Shown: positions 1 through 9,410, counted from the stretch's first letter. The stretch is 64,000 nucleotides of DNA from an uncultured Chloroflexia bacterium (GCA_963768655.1 CAVYIM010000007.1:237201-301200); one strand, 5' to 3'. Notes: generated from the letters alone by a model not told the origin. Numbers and translations: made by a program.

Positions 1-707
1 CGCATCTGGGCCCAGTCCGGCGAGGGCCCGATCTTCGCCCCGCTCACCCATCGCCCGACGAAACGCGTGCACAACTCGGGCTCTCGGACCTCGACCCTCA
101 GATGGTCCGAAACGGGACCGTCCGTCTCCTCGACGACGATCTCGGGCCAGCGGAGGCCGGCACCCGTCGCCGCCGATACCTCGCGCGCCAGGCCGATCAG
201 GCATAGCGCGTCGCCGCGATTGGGTTTCACGTCCACGTCCAGAACCTCGTCGCCGTACAGCTCGCTCAGGTCACGGCCGAGTGGCGTCGCCGGTGGGAGG
301 ATGAGGATTCCCTCCGCGTCACTGGTGATGTGGAGCTCGTCGCCGGAGCAGAGCATTCCCTCCGAGGCGATGCCCATCTTCTCGGTCCGCTCGATGCGGC
401 GATCTCCCGGCAGGACGGCGCCGGGCAAGGCAACCGGCACACGCTGGCCGGGGGCGATGTTGTGTGCGCCACAGACGATGTGGAGCGGCTCGCCCGAGCC
501 GATGGTGACCGTCGTGAGATGGAGGCGGTCGGCGAACGGGTGCTTCTCGACGGTCAACAGCTCGCCGACGACGACGGAGCGCCAGTCGGCGCCCCAGCGT
601 TCGACGCCCTTGACCTCCATGCCGAGGAGAGTCAGGCGCTCGGCCAGCTGTTCGGGCGAGAGCTGGATGTCGACGTATTCGCGCAGCCAGCCAAGCGGGA
701 CTCTCAT
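1..707 (-). CDS. pheT: Phenylalanine--tRNA ligase beta subunit (5' part; runs off window edge)
   Basis: Manual translation MRVPLGWLREYVDI...HPFADRL...IVCGAHN...SEGMLCS...KPNRGDAL; ATG overlaps pheS stop (ATGA). Not in the ORF track because it is truncated. Confidence 0.97.
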   Translation of the reverse strand, partial: MRVPLGWLREYVDIQLSPEQLAERLTLLGMEVKGVERWGADWRSVVVGELLTVEKHPFADRLHLTTVTIGSGEPLHIVCGAHNIAPGQRVPVALPGAVLPGDRRIERTEKMGIASEGMLCSGDELHITSDAEGILILPPATPLGRDLSELYGDEVLDVDVKPNRGDALCLIGLAREVSAATGAGLRWPEIVVEETDGPVSDHLRVEVREPELCTRFVGRWVSGAKIGPSPDWAQM

Positions 708-1741
708 CGGAACTGCTCCAGGAAGCGCAGATCGTTCTCGAGGTAGTAGCGCAGGTCGGGCACGGCATGGCGCAGGTTGGCGATGCGCTCCACGCCCATG
801 CCGAAGGCGAAGCCCTGGTATCGCTCGGGGTCGATACCGCCGTACTGGAGAACCACCGGGTGGACCATGCCGGCGCCCAGGATCGTCATCCAGCCCGTCC
901 TCGAACAGGCCGGACAGCCGGCGCCGCCGCAGACGACGCACTCGACGTCGAACGCCGCCGACGGCTCCGTGAACGGGTAATATCCGGGCCGGAAGCGTGT
1001 CTTGCGCGGCCCGAAGAGAGCGTGGGCGAACTCGTCGAGCAGGCCCTTCAGGTCGGCCATCGAGGTGCCCTCGTCGACCATCAGCCCCTCGACCTGGAAG
1101 AACTCGAAGCCGTGGCTGGCGTCGACGGCCTCGTAACGGAAGCAGCGACCCGGCAGCAGCGCCCGAATTGGCGGTCGGGTCGACTGCATCACTCGGATCT
1201 GGCCCGGGCTGGTGTGGGTTCGCAACAGGTGCCCGGGGATGTCCACGTAGAGAGTGTCCCACAGGTCCCGAGCGGGATGGTCCGGCGCGATGTTGAGCAT
1301 CTGGAAGTTCGTCAGGTCGTCCTCGACCTCGGGGCCCTCATAGACGACGAACCCGAACTGCCCGAAAACCTCCGCGATGGCCGCGACCGTTTCGGGAATG
1401 GGATGGAGCGTGCCTCGCGGAACGGTCCGGCCCGGCAGCGTCACGTCCGCCTTCTCCGCCACGAGCCGTTGCGCCTGAACGCCGGCCCTCAGCTCGGCGC
1501 TGCGTTCGGCCAGGGCCGTCTTGACAGCCTCTCCGATCTCGTTGGCCACGGCGCCGACACGCGGCCGGTCTTCCGGCAGCAGCGCTCCGATGCCGCGCAG
1601 GACGGCCGTGAGCTCCCCCTTCTTGCCCAGGTACTGTATCTGCAGCTGTTCGAGCGCTGCGGGATCGGCCGCTTTCGCGATCTCAGCCAGGGCGCGATCC
1701 ATGAGGCGACGCAGGTCACCGCTCAGGCTGTCGAAGTCCAC
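704..1741 (-). CDS. pheS: Phenylalanine--tRNA ligase alpha subunit
   Basis: YLGKKG, HPARD, LLRTHTSPGQ, YPFTEPS, GAGMVHP, FAFGMGVER motifs; GTG start at 1741 with GAGG RBS. Confidence 0.97.
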   Translation of the reverse strand: MDFDSLSGDLRRLMDRALAEIAKAADPAALEQLQIQYLGKKGELTAVLRGIGALLPEDRPRVGAVANEIGEAVKTALAERSAELRAGVQAQRLVAEKADVTLPGRTVPRGTLHPIPETVAAIAEVFGQFGFVVYEGPEVEDDLTNFQMLNIAPDHPARDLWDTLYVDIPGHLLRTHTSPGQIRVMQSTRPPIRALLPGRCFRYEAVDASHGFEFFQVEGLMVDEGTSMADLKGLLDEFAHALFGPRKTRFRPGYYPFTEPSAAFDVECVVCGGAGCPACSRTGWMTILGAGMVHPVVLQYGGIDPERYQGFAFGMGVERIANLRHAVPDLRYYLENDLRFLEQFR

Positions 1742-1804
1742 GCCACGTTTCCTCGCTCTATCGCCGGGCCGGGTGGCTCGGCGTCGACATCGGTCGCTCC
1801 AGGA

Positions 1805-2090
1805 ATCCAGAACCCTCGACTGTCCGCATCCGTTCGAACACGGGGACGAGTCGAGGGCTCGCGGTACCACCCCGCTTCCCCGGTGGCCGGTGTGCCGCCA
1901 GGGCGCTTGTGGGCCCGATATCGGGGGACCGACCGGTCCGCCTACTCACTCGGACGCCTGTGCGTCGGAGCTTCAACGGACGGCTCTGGAGCGAACCGGC
2001 GAGATCGATCGCGGACGGGCTTCCAGTCGCCGACCCGTCCTCCCTGGGGGATCTGTCCTCGCCTCTTCTCCGTCCTCGCCTCTACTTCCT
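1805..2090 (-). promoter_or_regulatory. T-box riboswitch (Phe specifier) upstream of pheS
   Basis: T-box consensus AAGCGGGGTGGTACCGCG at ~1860-1878; terminator hairpin CCCTCGAC...GTCGAGGGTT at ~1811-1858; stem I with TTC specifier at 1993-1995. Confidence 0.9.
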
Positions 2091-2119
2091 GTCAGCCGGC
2101 CGTCTCCGGCCGGCCCGGC

Positions 2120-2476
2120 TCAAGCCGGCGCCTTGCCGGCGGCAGCCACTACCTGTGCGAATGCCGAGGCGTCGCGAATGGCCAGATCGGCCAGGACCTT
2201 GCGGTCGAGGTCGATGTTCGCGGCCTTGAGACCGGCGATCAACTTGCCGTAGGTCGTGCCGTTCTGGCGAGCGGCCGCGTTGATGCGGATGATCCAGAGC
2301 TCGCGCATCTGGCGCTTGCGCTGCTTGCGGTCGCGGGTCGCGTACGCCAGCGCGTGCAGCATCGACTCATGGGCTCGCTTGACGAGCTTCGAGTTGGTGC
2401 CGGACCGGCCCTCGGCGTCGTTGAGAAGCCGCTTATGGCGGCGATGGGCGGTTACGCCTCGCTTGACGCGTGCCAT
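2120..2476 (-). CDS. rplT: 50S ribosomal protein L20
   Basis: MARVKRG...[23 protein letters not shown]...[10 protein letters not shown]. Confidence 0.98.
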   Translation of the reverse strand: MARVKRGVTAHRRHKRLLNDAEGRSGTNSKLVKRAHESMLHALAYATRDRKQRKRQMRELWIIRINAAARQNGTTYGKLIAGLKAANIDLDRKVLADLAIRDASAFAQVVAAAGKAPA

Positions 2477-2482
2477 CGAAGA

Positions 2483-2686
2483 TCAGACTCCCAGGTACGG
2501 CAGCAGCCGGCGGATCTGGTCGAGAGACTCGCCGCTGACGAGCTCCTTGCCCTCATAGCGGCGCGTGCGCCGCGAGGACTTCAGTTCGAGGTGGTGTCCG
2601 CGCCACGACTTGACCCGGACCGCCTTGCCACTGCCGGTGACCCCAATCCGTTTCTGGGCCCCCTTGTGGCTCTTCATCTTGGGCAC
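2483..2686 (-). CDS. rpmI: 50S ribosomal protein L35
   Basis: MPKMKSHKGAQKR...TGSGK...LLPY; lies between infC and rplT. Confidence 0.97.
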   Translation of the reverse strand: MPKMKSHKGAQKRIGVTGSGKAVRVKSWRGHHLELKSSRRTRRYEGKELVSGESLDQIRRLLPYLGV

Positions 2687-2687
2687 G

Positions 2688-3365
2688 TCAGTTCACCTTC
2701 CCGTTTGACGCCGCGCCGTCCTCCGGCTCGGGTCCGGGAGCCGCCGGTCTGTCCGGGGTCTCCACGCTAGATGTATCTTCGGCGTCCAGAGAGGACGCCC
2801 CGTCACCTGCGCCGGCGTGGCCTTTCGCCGCCGCTGTCGGCTCATGCGGCTTTGGCTTGTGGACCGAGGCCACGCTTATGTGCATCGATTTGCCTTCGAG
2901 CAGCGGAGGCCGCTCGACAACGCCGTGTTCCTTGATCTGCTCCGCGAACTTGTCCAGCAGATCGCGCCCGATCTGCGGGTGAGTCAGCTCGCGGCCGCGG
3001 AACTGGACCGCAACCTTGACCCTGTCGCCTTCTTCCAGAAACTCGATCGCGCGTCTGACCTTCGTATCGAAGTCGCCGGTGCCGATCTTCGGCTTCAGGC
3101 GGACTTCCTTGAACGTAACAGACCGCTGCCGCCGCTTGGCCTCCTTCTCACGCTTGGTCAGCTCGTACTTGTACTGACCGAAATCGAGGAGTCGCGCCAC
3201 GGGAGGACTGGCCAGTGGTGCGACCTCCACCAGGTCGAGCCCCCGCTCCTGCGCAAGCCTCAAGGCGTCGGCTGTTCGCATCACGCCAAGCTGGCTACCG
3301 TCTTCGTCGACAACCCGTACGTCGAACACACGGATCATCTGATTGATGCGCAGGTCTCGGCTGAT
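2688..3365 (-). CDS. infC: Translation initiation factor IF-3, probable non-canonical ATC start
   Basis: RINQMIR, GLDLVEV, KEVRLKPKI, FRGRE motifs; AAGGGG RBS precedes in-frame ATC at 3365. Confidence 0.95.
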   Translation of the reverse strand: MSRDLRINQMIRVFDVRVVDEDGSQLGVMRTADALRLAQERGLDLVEVAPLASPPVARLLDFGQYKYELTKREKEAKRRQRSVTFKEVRLKPKIGTGDFDTKVRRAIEFLEEGDRVKVAVQFRGRELTHPQIGRDLLDKFAEQIKEHGVVERPPLLEGKSMHISVASVHKPKPHEPTAAAKGHAGAGDGASSLDAEDTSSVETPDRPAAPGPEPEDGAASNGKVN

Positions 3366-3475
3366 GGCGAACCCCTTCTGTACGTGTTCCGGTTGCCGGC
3401 GACCGGGCCACTCTGCCCGGAGACAGGCGGACGCACAAACCCGGGGCACGGCTGCGCCGGGCTGTCGCCCGCGGG

Positions 3476-3505
3476 ACTATAGCACACGGATTCCGGCACC
3501 GGCAA
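3476..3505 (-). promoter_or_regulatory. Sigma70-type promoter for infC-rpmI-rplT
   Basis: TTGCCG-N18-TATAGT with extended -10 (TGcTATAGT). Confidence 0.6.
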
Positions 3506-3602
3506 ACGCGCGACCGACACGTTTCGCGCCGTTTCGCCGTCGTTTTCCGCGCGGTGTGTGATGATGCCCGCGTCACTCGCAAAGTGGATCTGAGGAGTGC
3601 TG

Positions 3603-4205
3603 ATGGGGCGGTCGATTCTGGCGTCTGCGCTGGCTCTGTTTCTGGTCGTGGCGACAATCGCCGGGTGCGGGACCACGACACCCACACCCACGCCATCCCC
3701 GAGCCCGAGCCCCAGTCCCACGCCCACTGCATCTGCGACGGCCACTCCGTCTCCGATCCTCTCCCCTACTCCGACCCCGTCGCCGACGCCCACCGTCAAC
3801 CCGAATGCCTCTCCGACTCCTCTGCCGACCGGTGGCCCGGGAGCGTACTACGCGGTCAACAACTACGAGCAGGACCTGCTTGCCGGAAACTACGCGAAGG
3901 CTTGGGCGCTCCTCAGCAAGAGCAGCCAGAGCATGGCCAAATGGGGCACGCTCGCCGGCTTCACGAAAGAGCGGGCTGCCTTCCTGGCCACTGCCGGCAC
4001 GGACTTCCAGGAAGAGTTGAGCCCTACCAACACGCTGACTCTGCGCCAGTGGATCGAGGGAGCCAACTGGATGTCGCAGATCGACCAGGCTCACGCCTAC
4101 CTGGTCAGCGTCAAGTGGACCTCAATCACAACGGCCTACGCGGGTTGGGAGATCTGGGTGGTCAATCCCACCAAGACCGGCTGGCTCCTGTACGAGGCTC
4201 ACTAG
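3603..4205 (+). CDS. Putative lipoprotein with Pro/Thr/Ser-rich linker, unknown function
   Basis: GAGGAG RBS, signal peptide with lipobox IAGC, TP/SP repeats, then a ~130-aa globular domain. Confidence 0.8.
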   Translation: MGRSILASALALFLVVATIAGCGTTTPTPTPSPSPSPSPTPTASATATPSPILSPTPTPSPTPTVNPNASPTPLPTGGPGAYYAVNNYEQDLLAGNYAKAWALLSKSSQSMAKWGTLAGFTKERAAFLATAGTDFQEELSPTNTLTLRQWIEGANWMSQIDQAHAYLVSVKWTSITTAYAGWEIWVVNPTKTGWLLYEAH

Positions 4206-4224
4206 CCAACCCTTCGGTCGTGAG

Positions 4225-6087
4225 TCATGGTCTGCGGGCGGCGGTTTCCTCGGTCAGTCGATCGATGAACGCGTCCCAGGCGACGCCGTTCTCCTGCTCG
4301 CCGGCGCGGTTTCGGATCGCGACCGTGCGCGCTTCCACTTCCCGATCTCCGAGCACGAGCATGTACGGCACCTTCTGCTCCTGGGCCAGCCTGATCTTGT
4401 TCTGCATCCGGCTGTCGGAGTCGTCGACCTCCACGCGCAGCTTTCGCCCCTTGAGGAGGCCCGCCAGGTCGCGGGCCGCCTCGACGTGCCGATCGGCGAT
4501 CGGGATCACCACGGCCTGTACCGGTGCGCACCACACCGGGAAGGCGCCCGCGAAATGCTCCACGAGCACGCCTATGAATCTCTCGAGCGAGCCGTAGATG
4601 GCCCGATGGATCGTCATCGGGCGGACGGCCTGGCCGTTCTCATCGATGTAGGTACAGTCGAATCGCTCGGGCAACATGACCAGATCGACCTGGATGGTGG
4701 CTGTCTGCCACTCCCGCCCCAACGCATCCTCGATCTGGATGTCGATCTTGGGGGCGTAGAACGCGCCGTCCTTCGGCTTGAGGCGGTACGGCTTGCCGAG
4801 CGAATCGAGAGCGGCCTTGATCTGCGCCTCTGCCGTCTCCCACAGGGCAGGGTCGCCGAGCGCCTTGTCGGGCCTGGTGCCGAAGGTGAACTTGGGCTCG
4901 AGGCCGAACCAGCCGTAGACCTCGTAGACCTCGCCCAACAGGGCCTTGATCTCGTCCTGGAGCTGGTCGGGCCGGAGGTAGATGTGGGCGTCGTCCTGGA
5001 CGAAATGGCGGACACGGGTAAGGCCCGAGAGCGTGCCCGATCGTTCGTTTCGATGCAGTCGGCCGAAGTCCGAGTAGCGGAGCGGCAGGTCGCGGTAGGA
5101 GCGCAGCTTGCTCCTGTAGATGAACGTGCTTTCGGGACAGTTCATCGGCTTGAGGCTGAAGGTCTGACCCTCGGACTCGAGGATGAACATGTTGTCCTTG
5201 TAGTTGGCCCAGTGCCCCGACTGCTCCCACAGCTTCTTGTGGACGAGAAGCGGCGTGCTGACCTCCTGGTAGCCGCGGCGGTCCTGGACCTCGCGAATGG
5301 CCGTTTCCAGCGTTCGCCAGAGTCGCTGACCCTTTGGGTGCCAGAAAGCCGACCCGGGGCTGACGTCGTGGAAGCTGAAGAGGTCGAGCTGGACACCGAG
5401 CCGGCGATGATCGCGCCGCTTTGCCTCCTCGCGGCGGTGAAGATAGGCCTCCAGCTCCCCCTGAGTCGGCCATACGGTGCCGTAGATGCGCTGCAGCATC
5501 GGCCGCTTCTCGGAGCCGCGCCAGTACGCGCCCGCCACGGTCATGAGCTTGAACGGGCCGATCTTGCCCGTGCTGGCGACGTGGGGGCCCTTGCAGAGAT
5601 CGATGAAGAGACCGTGCTGGTAGGTGGAGGTCGGAGGAAGCGGTGTGCCGGCCTCCGTGGATCGGGCGGCCAGGTCGTCTAGGATTTCGACCTTGAAGGG
5701 CTGCTCACGAGCTTCGAAGAAGGCGCGGCCTTCCTCGAACGGAATCTCCTTGCGGACGAAGGCGTTGTCGGCGGCGATCGAGGCACGCATCCCGCTCTCT
5801 ATTGCGGCGAGGTCGTCGGGGGTCAGGGGGCGAGGCAGCAGGAAGTCGTAGTAGAAGCCGTCTTCGATCGACGGCCCGATCCCGAGCTGAGCGTCCGGGA
5901 ACAGTGCCACGACCGCCTCGGCCATCACATGGGCCGCCGAATGGCGCATCGCGTCCAGATCGGAGTGGGCGCCGGCGTCGAGGAGTTCATCCACGGAGCC
6001 GCGGTCGACCGCGTCGAAGAACTCCTCTGGCTCTGCGGGCTCGGCTCCGCCCGACTGAGCCGCCTGGATCTCCTGATCGTTGCTCAT
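4225..6087 (-). CDS. thrS: Threonine--tRNA ligase
   Basis: HSAAHVMAEAV, GFYYDF, DLCKGPH, RDHRRLG, LKPMNCP, GAFYAPKID, HRAIYGSLERF. Confidence 0.98.
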   Translation of the reverse strand: MSNDQEIQAAQSGGAEPAEPEEFFDAVDRGSVDELLDAGAHSDLDAMRHSAAHVMAEAVVALFPDAQLGIGPSIEDGFYYDFLLPRPLTPDDLAAIESGMRASIAADNAFVRKEIPFEEGRAFFEAREQPFKVEILDDLAARSTEAGTPLPPTSTYQHGLFIDLCKGPHVASTGKIGPFKLMTVAGAYWRGSEKRPMLQRIYGTVWPTQGELEAYLHRREEAKRRDHRRLGVQLDLFSFHDVSPGSAFWHPKGQRLWRTLETAIREVQDRRGYQEVSTPLLVHKKLWEQSGHWANYKDNMFILESEGQTFSLKPMNCPESTFIYRSKLRSYRDLPLRYSDFGRLHRNERSGTLSGLTRVRHFVQDDAHIYLRPDQLQDEIKALLGEVYEVYGWFGLEPKFTFGTRPDKALGDPALWETAEAQIKAALDSLGKPYRLKPKDGAFYAPKIDIQIEDALGREWQTATIQVDLVMLPERFDCTYIDENGQAVRPMTIHRAIYGSLERFIGVLVEHFAGAFPVWCAPVQAVVIPIADRHVEAARDLAGLLKGRKLRVEVDDSDSRMQNKIRLAQEQKVPYMLVLGDREVEARTVAIRNRAGEQENGVAWDAFIDRLTEETAARRP

Positions 6088-6129
6088 CCTGTCAGCCCGC
6101 CTTTGCTATCAAACCGGCGTTAGCGATCG

Positions 6130-6380
6130 AAACACAAAGCCTCCCGTCCGACAGGACGAGAGGCTTCTCTCGCGGTTCCACCCGCCTTCGCGCCGCCCAC
6201 GGTCAATCCGCCGGCGCCGCGCGCTCATGCCGCTCTCACGGGCGGATCCCGGGCCGGTTCCCCGGCCGCTCACGGTTGGTGCCAGCGCCGGCGACGATCG
6301 TCATCGATCTCAGCGGTGGCGATGCCACCTCGACGACTCTCTTGGATCCTGCCGGCGAAGCGTGTCCCGCTCGTCGCTTT
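6130..6380 (-). promoter_or_regulatory. T-box riboswitch (Thr specifier) upstream of thrS
   Basis: AAGGCGGGTGGAACCGCG at ~6171-6188; terminator AGCCTCTCGTCC...GGACGGGAGGCTTT; stem I with AGAGAG bulge, GCTGAGA loop and ACC specifier at ~6278-6280. Confidence 0.88.
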
Positions 6381-6419
6381 GGATATGCAGTTTCCGGGGC
6401 GCCGCCTGGGCAGCCTCGA

Positions 6420-6496
6420 TGGTGGGCGGTAGAGGACTTGAACCTCTGGCCTCATGCATGTCAAGCATGCGCTCTAACCAACTGAGCTAACCGCCC
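6420..6496 (-). tRNA. tRNA-Val(GAC)
   Basis: GGGCGGTTAGCTCAGTTGGTTAGAGCG-CATGC TT GAC AT GCATG-AGGCCAGAGGTTCAAGTCCTCTACCGCCCACCA; full cloverleaf with CCA. Confidence 0.97.
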
Positions 6497-6550
6497 GGGT
6501 GCGCGGCGGATCGTAGCACAGGCGGTCGCGGCGAGCGGGCCGAGTACTAA

Positions 6551-7063
6551 CTAAGGCAGCGCTTCAGATGCCAACACAGCCCTCGCCATTCGGCTTCCAC
6601 CGACTAACGGCCCAAGGAGTGCCGAAGCGGCCGCGAGCCACGTGATGAGCGTCCATTCGCCAAGAGGGTTCAGGAGAAGCAAGGCGAGGAGGGCCAGAGC
6701 CAGATAGGTTCCGTCGACACACAGAAGGAGGCCAAGCGCCGACCGCTTGAGCCAATTGACAACACCGATCAGGTCGCCTACGGCGATAGCCAACGCAGCC
6801 ACTGCAACCAAGGCCCACAGGCCATAGAAGAACACATCTACGCCGCAGGCATTTCCAGCCCCGAAGAACCACTCGACCGCATCAGCGATTGTGAGGTTCC
6901 CGGGTCCTGGTCGGCCGCACAGCTGTCCGGGCCCAGGGTCAACCGCGACACCGCCAGGAGTGACAAGTGCCCAGACAAGCACGCCGGCGACTAGCACGAG
7001 CGAGGCGATGGCGGCCATGTGGGATAGCGTCCCCAAGGCCCGCGCCGCTCGCAGCCACTTCAT
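6551..7063 (-). CDS. Hypothetical multi-pass membrane protein (appears lower GC than neighbours)
   Basis: ATG at 7063 with GGGAGG RBS; about 4 hydrophobic segments; more A/T-ending codons than neighbours. Confidence 0.65.
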   Translation of the reverse strand: MKWLRAARALGTLSHMAAIASLVLVAGVLVWALVTPGGVAVDPGPGQLCGRPGPGNLTIADAVEWFFGAGNACGVDVFFYGLWALVAVAALAIAVGDLIGVVNWLKRSALGLLLCVDGTYLALALLALLLLNPLGEWTLITWLAAASALLGPLVGGSRMARAVLASEALP

Positions 7064-7177
7064 CTCAGGCGCCCTCCCCGTTCGTGCCGTCGACCTGCGA
7101 ACACAATAATCGACGGGCCTTCGCTCGCCCGATCCGTGCGTGAATTGGCGTCTGGCTACACCGCTCGGGGGCTCAAC

Positions 7178-7212
7178 GCATGTCAAGCTCTAACCAACTG
7201 AGCTAACCGCCC
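7178..7212 (-). pseudogene. Truncated, decayed second copy of tRNA-Val (5' half)
   Basis: Matches 6456-6496 except for a 6-nt deletion before the anticodon loop; no T-arm or 3' acceptor strand. Confidence 0.85.
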
Positions 7213-7325
7213 GGGTGCGGGGCGCATCATAACGCATCAGCCTGTGGCGGGGCTGACGCCGGAGCCGCTCGGGCGGACGGCCTGACACTCGGGCTGAGGG
7301 CGAGGATGCGCCGGACGTCGATCTG

Positions 7326-8384
7326 TCACCCAAGCCAGACCTGGCCCTCCGCCCGTGTGAACGGAGCGGCCGAGTCGGTCTCCTTCGACCAGCCCGAACC
7401 GCTTCGAACGTAGGTGAGCTCATGAATACCCGCCACAACGCCGCTCGCGTCCTCTGTGCCGGAAAGCATGGCCAGGCGCGAACCGTCGGCGCTCAGGGCC
7501 AGATCCCAGACAACCTGCGACGGTTCGAGCGACGCCGCGGTGGGCGGCTCCTTGCCCCCCAGCCAATCGGCGACGGGCGCCACGTAGACCGCTGACTCCG
7601 TTGCCGCAGCGAGGCTCTCGCGATCCGGCGACAGGGCGAAGACACGCACGCCCCCCAACCCGCCCAGGAGAAGGATCGTGCGCTTTGCGGTATCGACGAC
7701 CGCGAGACGTGGGATCTGGCGGGCGTCGTCCGATATCACCGCCAGCCGTTGAGAGTCGATCCATGCGACTGATGGACCAAACGGTGAATCCGGCGCCGGC
7801 AGGAGCTCGACGGTCGACCCATCCGTTGCGACCACACGGAATGCCAGTCCACCCGAAGCTGAGACTGCGATCGCCGTCACGCCGGCGTCCGAGCGATCCA
7901 CACCGACGATCGTTCCGTCGAGCGGCTGGTTGCCCGAACGAGGCGATATCGTCGCCACGGTGGTCTGTGGGCTGGCGTCGGCTCGCAATTCAAGCGATCC
8001 ACCCATTCCCAGGACGAGTGTCTGTCCGTCTCGAGCCAGTGCGGTAGCCTCCGGCAGCGGCCATCGCGGGGCCCAGGTCCCGCCCGTATACGTCCACAGC
8101 CCGACGCCACCCTGGACCCCATCGGCAAGCACGAGCAGCTGCGGTGCCGGCACGCCCGTGGCGACCGGCGACCCCGAAACCGTGGCTTCGGTCGGGTCGG
8201 TTGGACGAATGGAGACGGCAGTGGTCGCTGGAGGCGCGACGCTACCGCTGGCTGTGCCGCCAGATGTGCCCACGCCCGCGGCGCAGCCGGTCGCCGCCAC
8301 GGAGAGGCAGAACGCGACTGGAACCAACTGGCGACTCAGCGTGGCTGCGAGTTCCTTGATACGGGTACGCGAACCGTGGATCAT
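7326..8384 (-). CDS. Putative lipoprotein with beta-propeller (WD40/TolB-like) repeats
   Basis: Lipobox-like ATGC; low-complexity linker; repeats ALARDG, FALSPD, LALSADGSRLA; AAAGGGGG RBS. Confidence 0.75.
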   Translation of the reverse strand: MIHGSRTRIKELAATLSRQLVPVAFCLSVAATGCAAGVGTSGGTASGSVAPPATTAVSIRPTDPTEATVSGSPVATGVPAPQLLVLADGVQGGVGLWTYTGGTWAPRWPLPEATALARDGQTLVLGMGGSLELRADASPQTTVATISPRSGNQPLDGTIVGVDRSDAGVTAIAVSASGGLAFRVVATDGSTVELLPAPDSPFGPSVAWIDSQRLAVISDDARQIPRLAVVDTAKRTILLLGGLGGVRVFALSPDRESLAAATESAVYVAPVADWLGGKEPPTAASLEPSQVVWDLALSADGSRLAMLSGTEDASGVVAGIHELTYVRSGSGWSKETDSAAPFTRAEGQVWLG

Positions 8385-8402
8385 GTGATCCCCCTTTCTG
8401 AG

Positions 8403-8440
8403 GCGGCCCGCGCCCGCCCAACCGGACGGCCGCGGGCCGC
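8403..8440. terminator. GC-rich intergenic hairpin (terminator or mRNA stabiliser)
   Basis: Inverted repeat GCGGCCCGCG...CGCGGGCCGC between two co-oriented genes; no U-tract. Confidence 0.4.
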
Positions 8441-8481
8441 CGAATGGTGGGGTTGCCATCACTGGCCGAACCCCATCGCCT

Positions 8482-9405
8482 TCACTCCACGAAATCTCCA
8501 CCGATGATGGTGCCGTCGCCGGCATCGATGAAGATGCTCATCAGCCAGACGTAGTTGGCCGCGTCGCCGGAGGGCTTCACTTCGCTCACCCAGGCGAGCC
8601 TGTACGGTGCCTCGGAGGCGCTGATCCCGGCCGGATCGAACGCCGCATTGGGCCCGACCCACTCCAGGTCGAGCTTCTGGATCGCATATCCCGAGTTCCG
8701 GCCGGCGAACCAGCGGTTGAGGTTCGTTGCCGCGATCTGGCGGGCCGTCTCCGAAGGAATCGAGCTGAGCGGCGCAGCAGCCAGCTCGTGCTCCGCACGG
8801 GCCACACTCTCGATGCGCCCGTCGGGCCAAACCTGGACGCGAGTCTCGTCGCCACGCACCCGGACACCGTCCTGCGTGCGAGCCCAATGCACCGTCCACC
8901 CGCCCGTTGCCTGATCGGCCTCGGTCGAGGTGGGAGTTCCTACGCCAAGGCCGGCCGCCAGGACTGACTTCTGGGCCGATCTCACGGCGCTGTCCTGGGT
9001 GATTCGAAGGCCCGCCGCAGGGGCGGCATCCAATCGAACCGCGGCCCGCAAACGTCCCTTCGAATCGAACTGAGTGACCGACTCGACGTCGCCTGCGGAG
9101 TCGAGCTCGGTGACCTCGTCGTACTCGGCGTCTTCAAAGCCATCAAGCACGTGACGACCGACGCGTTTGACGCCCACCGGGAAGCCCAACGCCTCGCGCG
9201 CCAGGCCCTCGCGGGCGAGCAGCACCGCGTCGGTATTCGCGTCCAGGGCGGCCTCGACTCGAGACGGATTCCCGATGGTTTCGCCCGGCGAGTCAGGCGA
9301 CCTGGGAGCCGCCTCGATGCGGCCCGCCGATACGGCAACGCACATCAGAGCTATCACGCCCAGGGCCAGGGAGGATCTTGCGTTCTTGATGATGGAGGCT
9401 CGCAT
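8482..9405 (-). CDS. Secreted FTP/PepSY-like (protease propeptide-like) protein
   Basis: Signal peptide; VHWARTQDGVRVRGDETRVQVWPDGRI (FTP-like) and SETARQIA...YRLAW...IFIDAGDGTII (PepSY-like); GAGGTGA RBS. Confidence 0.7.
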   Translation of the reverse strand: MRASIIKNARSSLALGVIALMCVAVSAGRIEAAPRSPDSPGETIGNPSRVEAALDANTDAVLLAREGLAREALGFPVGVKRVGRHVLDGFEDAEYDEVTELDSAGDVESVTQFDSKGRLRAAVRLDAAPAAGLRITQDSAVRSAQKSVLAAGLGVGTPTSTEADQATGGWTVHWARTQDGVRVRGDETRVQVWPDGRIESVARAEHELAAAPLSSIPSETARQIAATNLNRWFAGRNSGYAIQKLDLEWVGPNAAFDPAGISASEAPYRLAWVSEVKPSGDAANYVWLMSIFIDAGDGTIIGGDFVE

Positions 9406-9410
9406 TTCCG

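Noticed and set aside
67-2770. Long plus-strand ORFs (e.g. 767-2770) and similar antisense ORFs throughout
   Set aside because: Shadow ORFs of high-GC minus-strand genes; Arg/Pro/Ala-rich with no motifs.
3380-3475. L20 leader RNA upstream of infC
   Set aside because: Position is plausible, but I could not match the consensus by eye; it needs an Rfam search.
7181-7186. TTGACA in the tRNA remnant as a -35 element
   Set aside because: It is the anticodon-loop sequence, and no -10 lies at 16-18 nt spacing.
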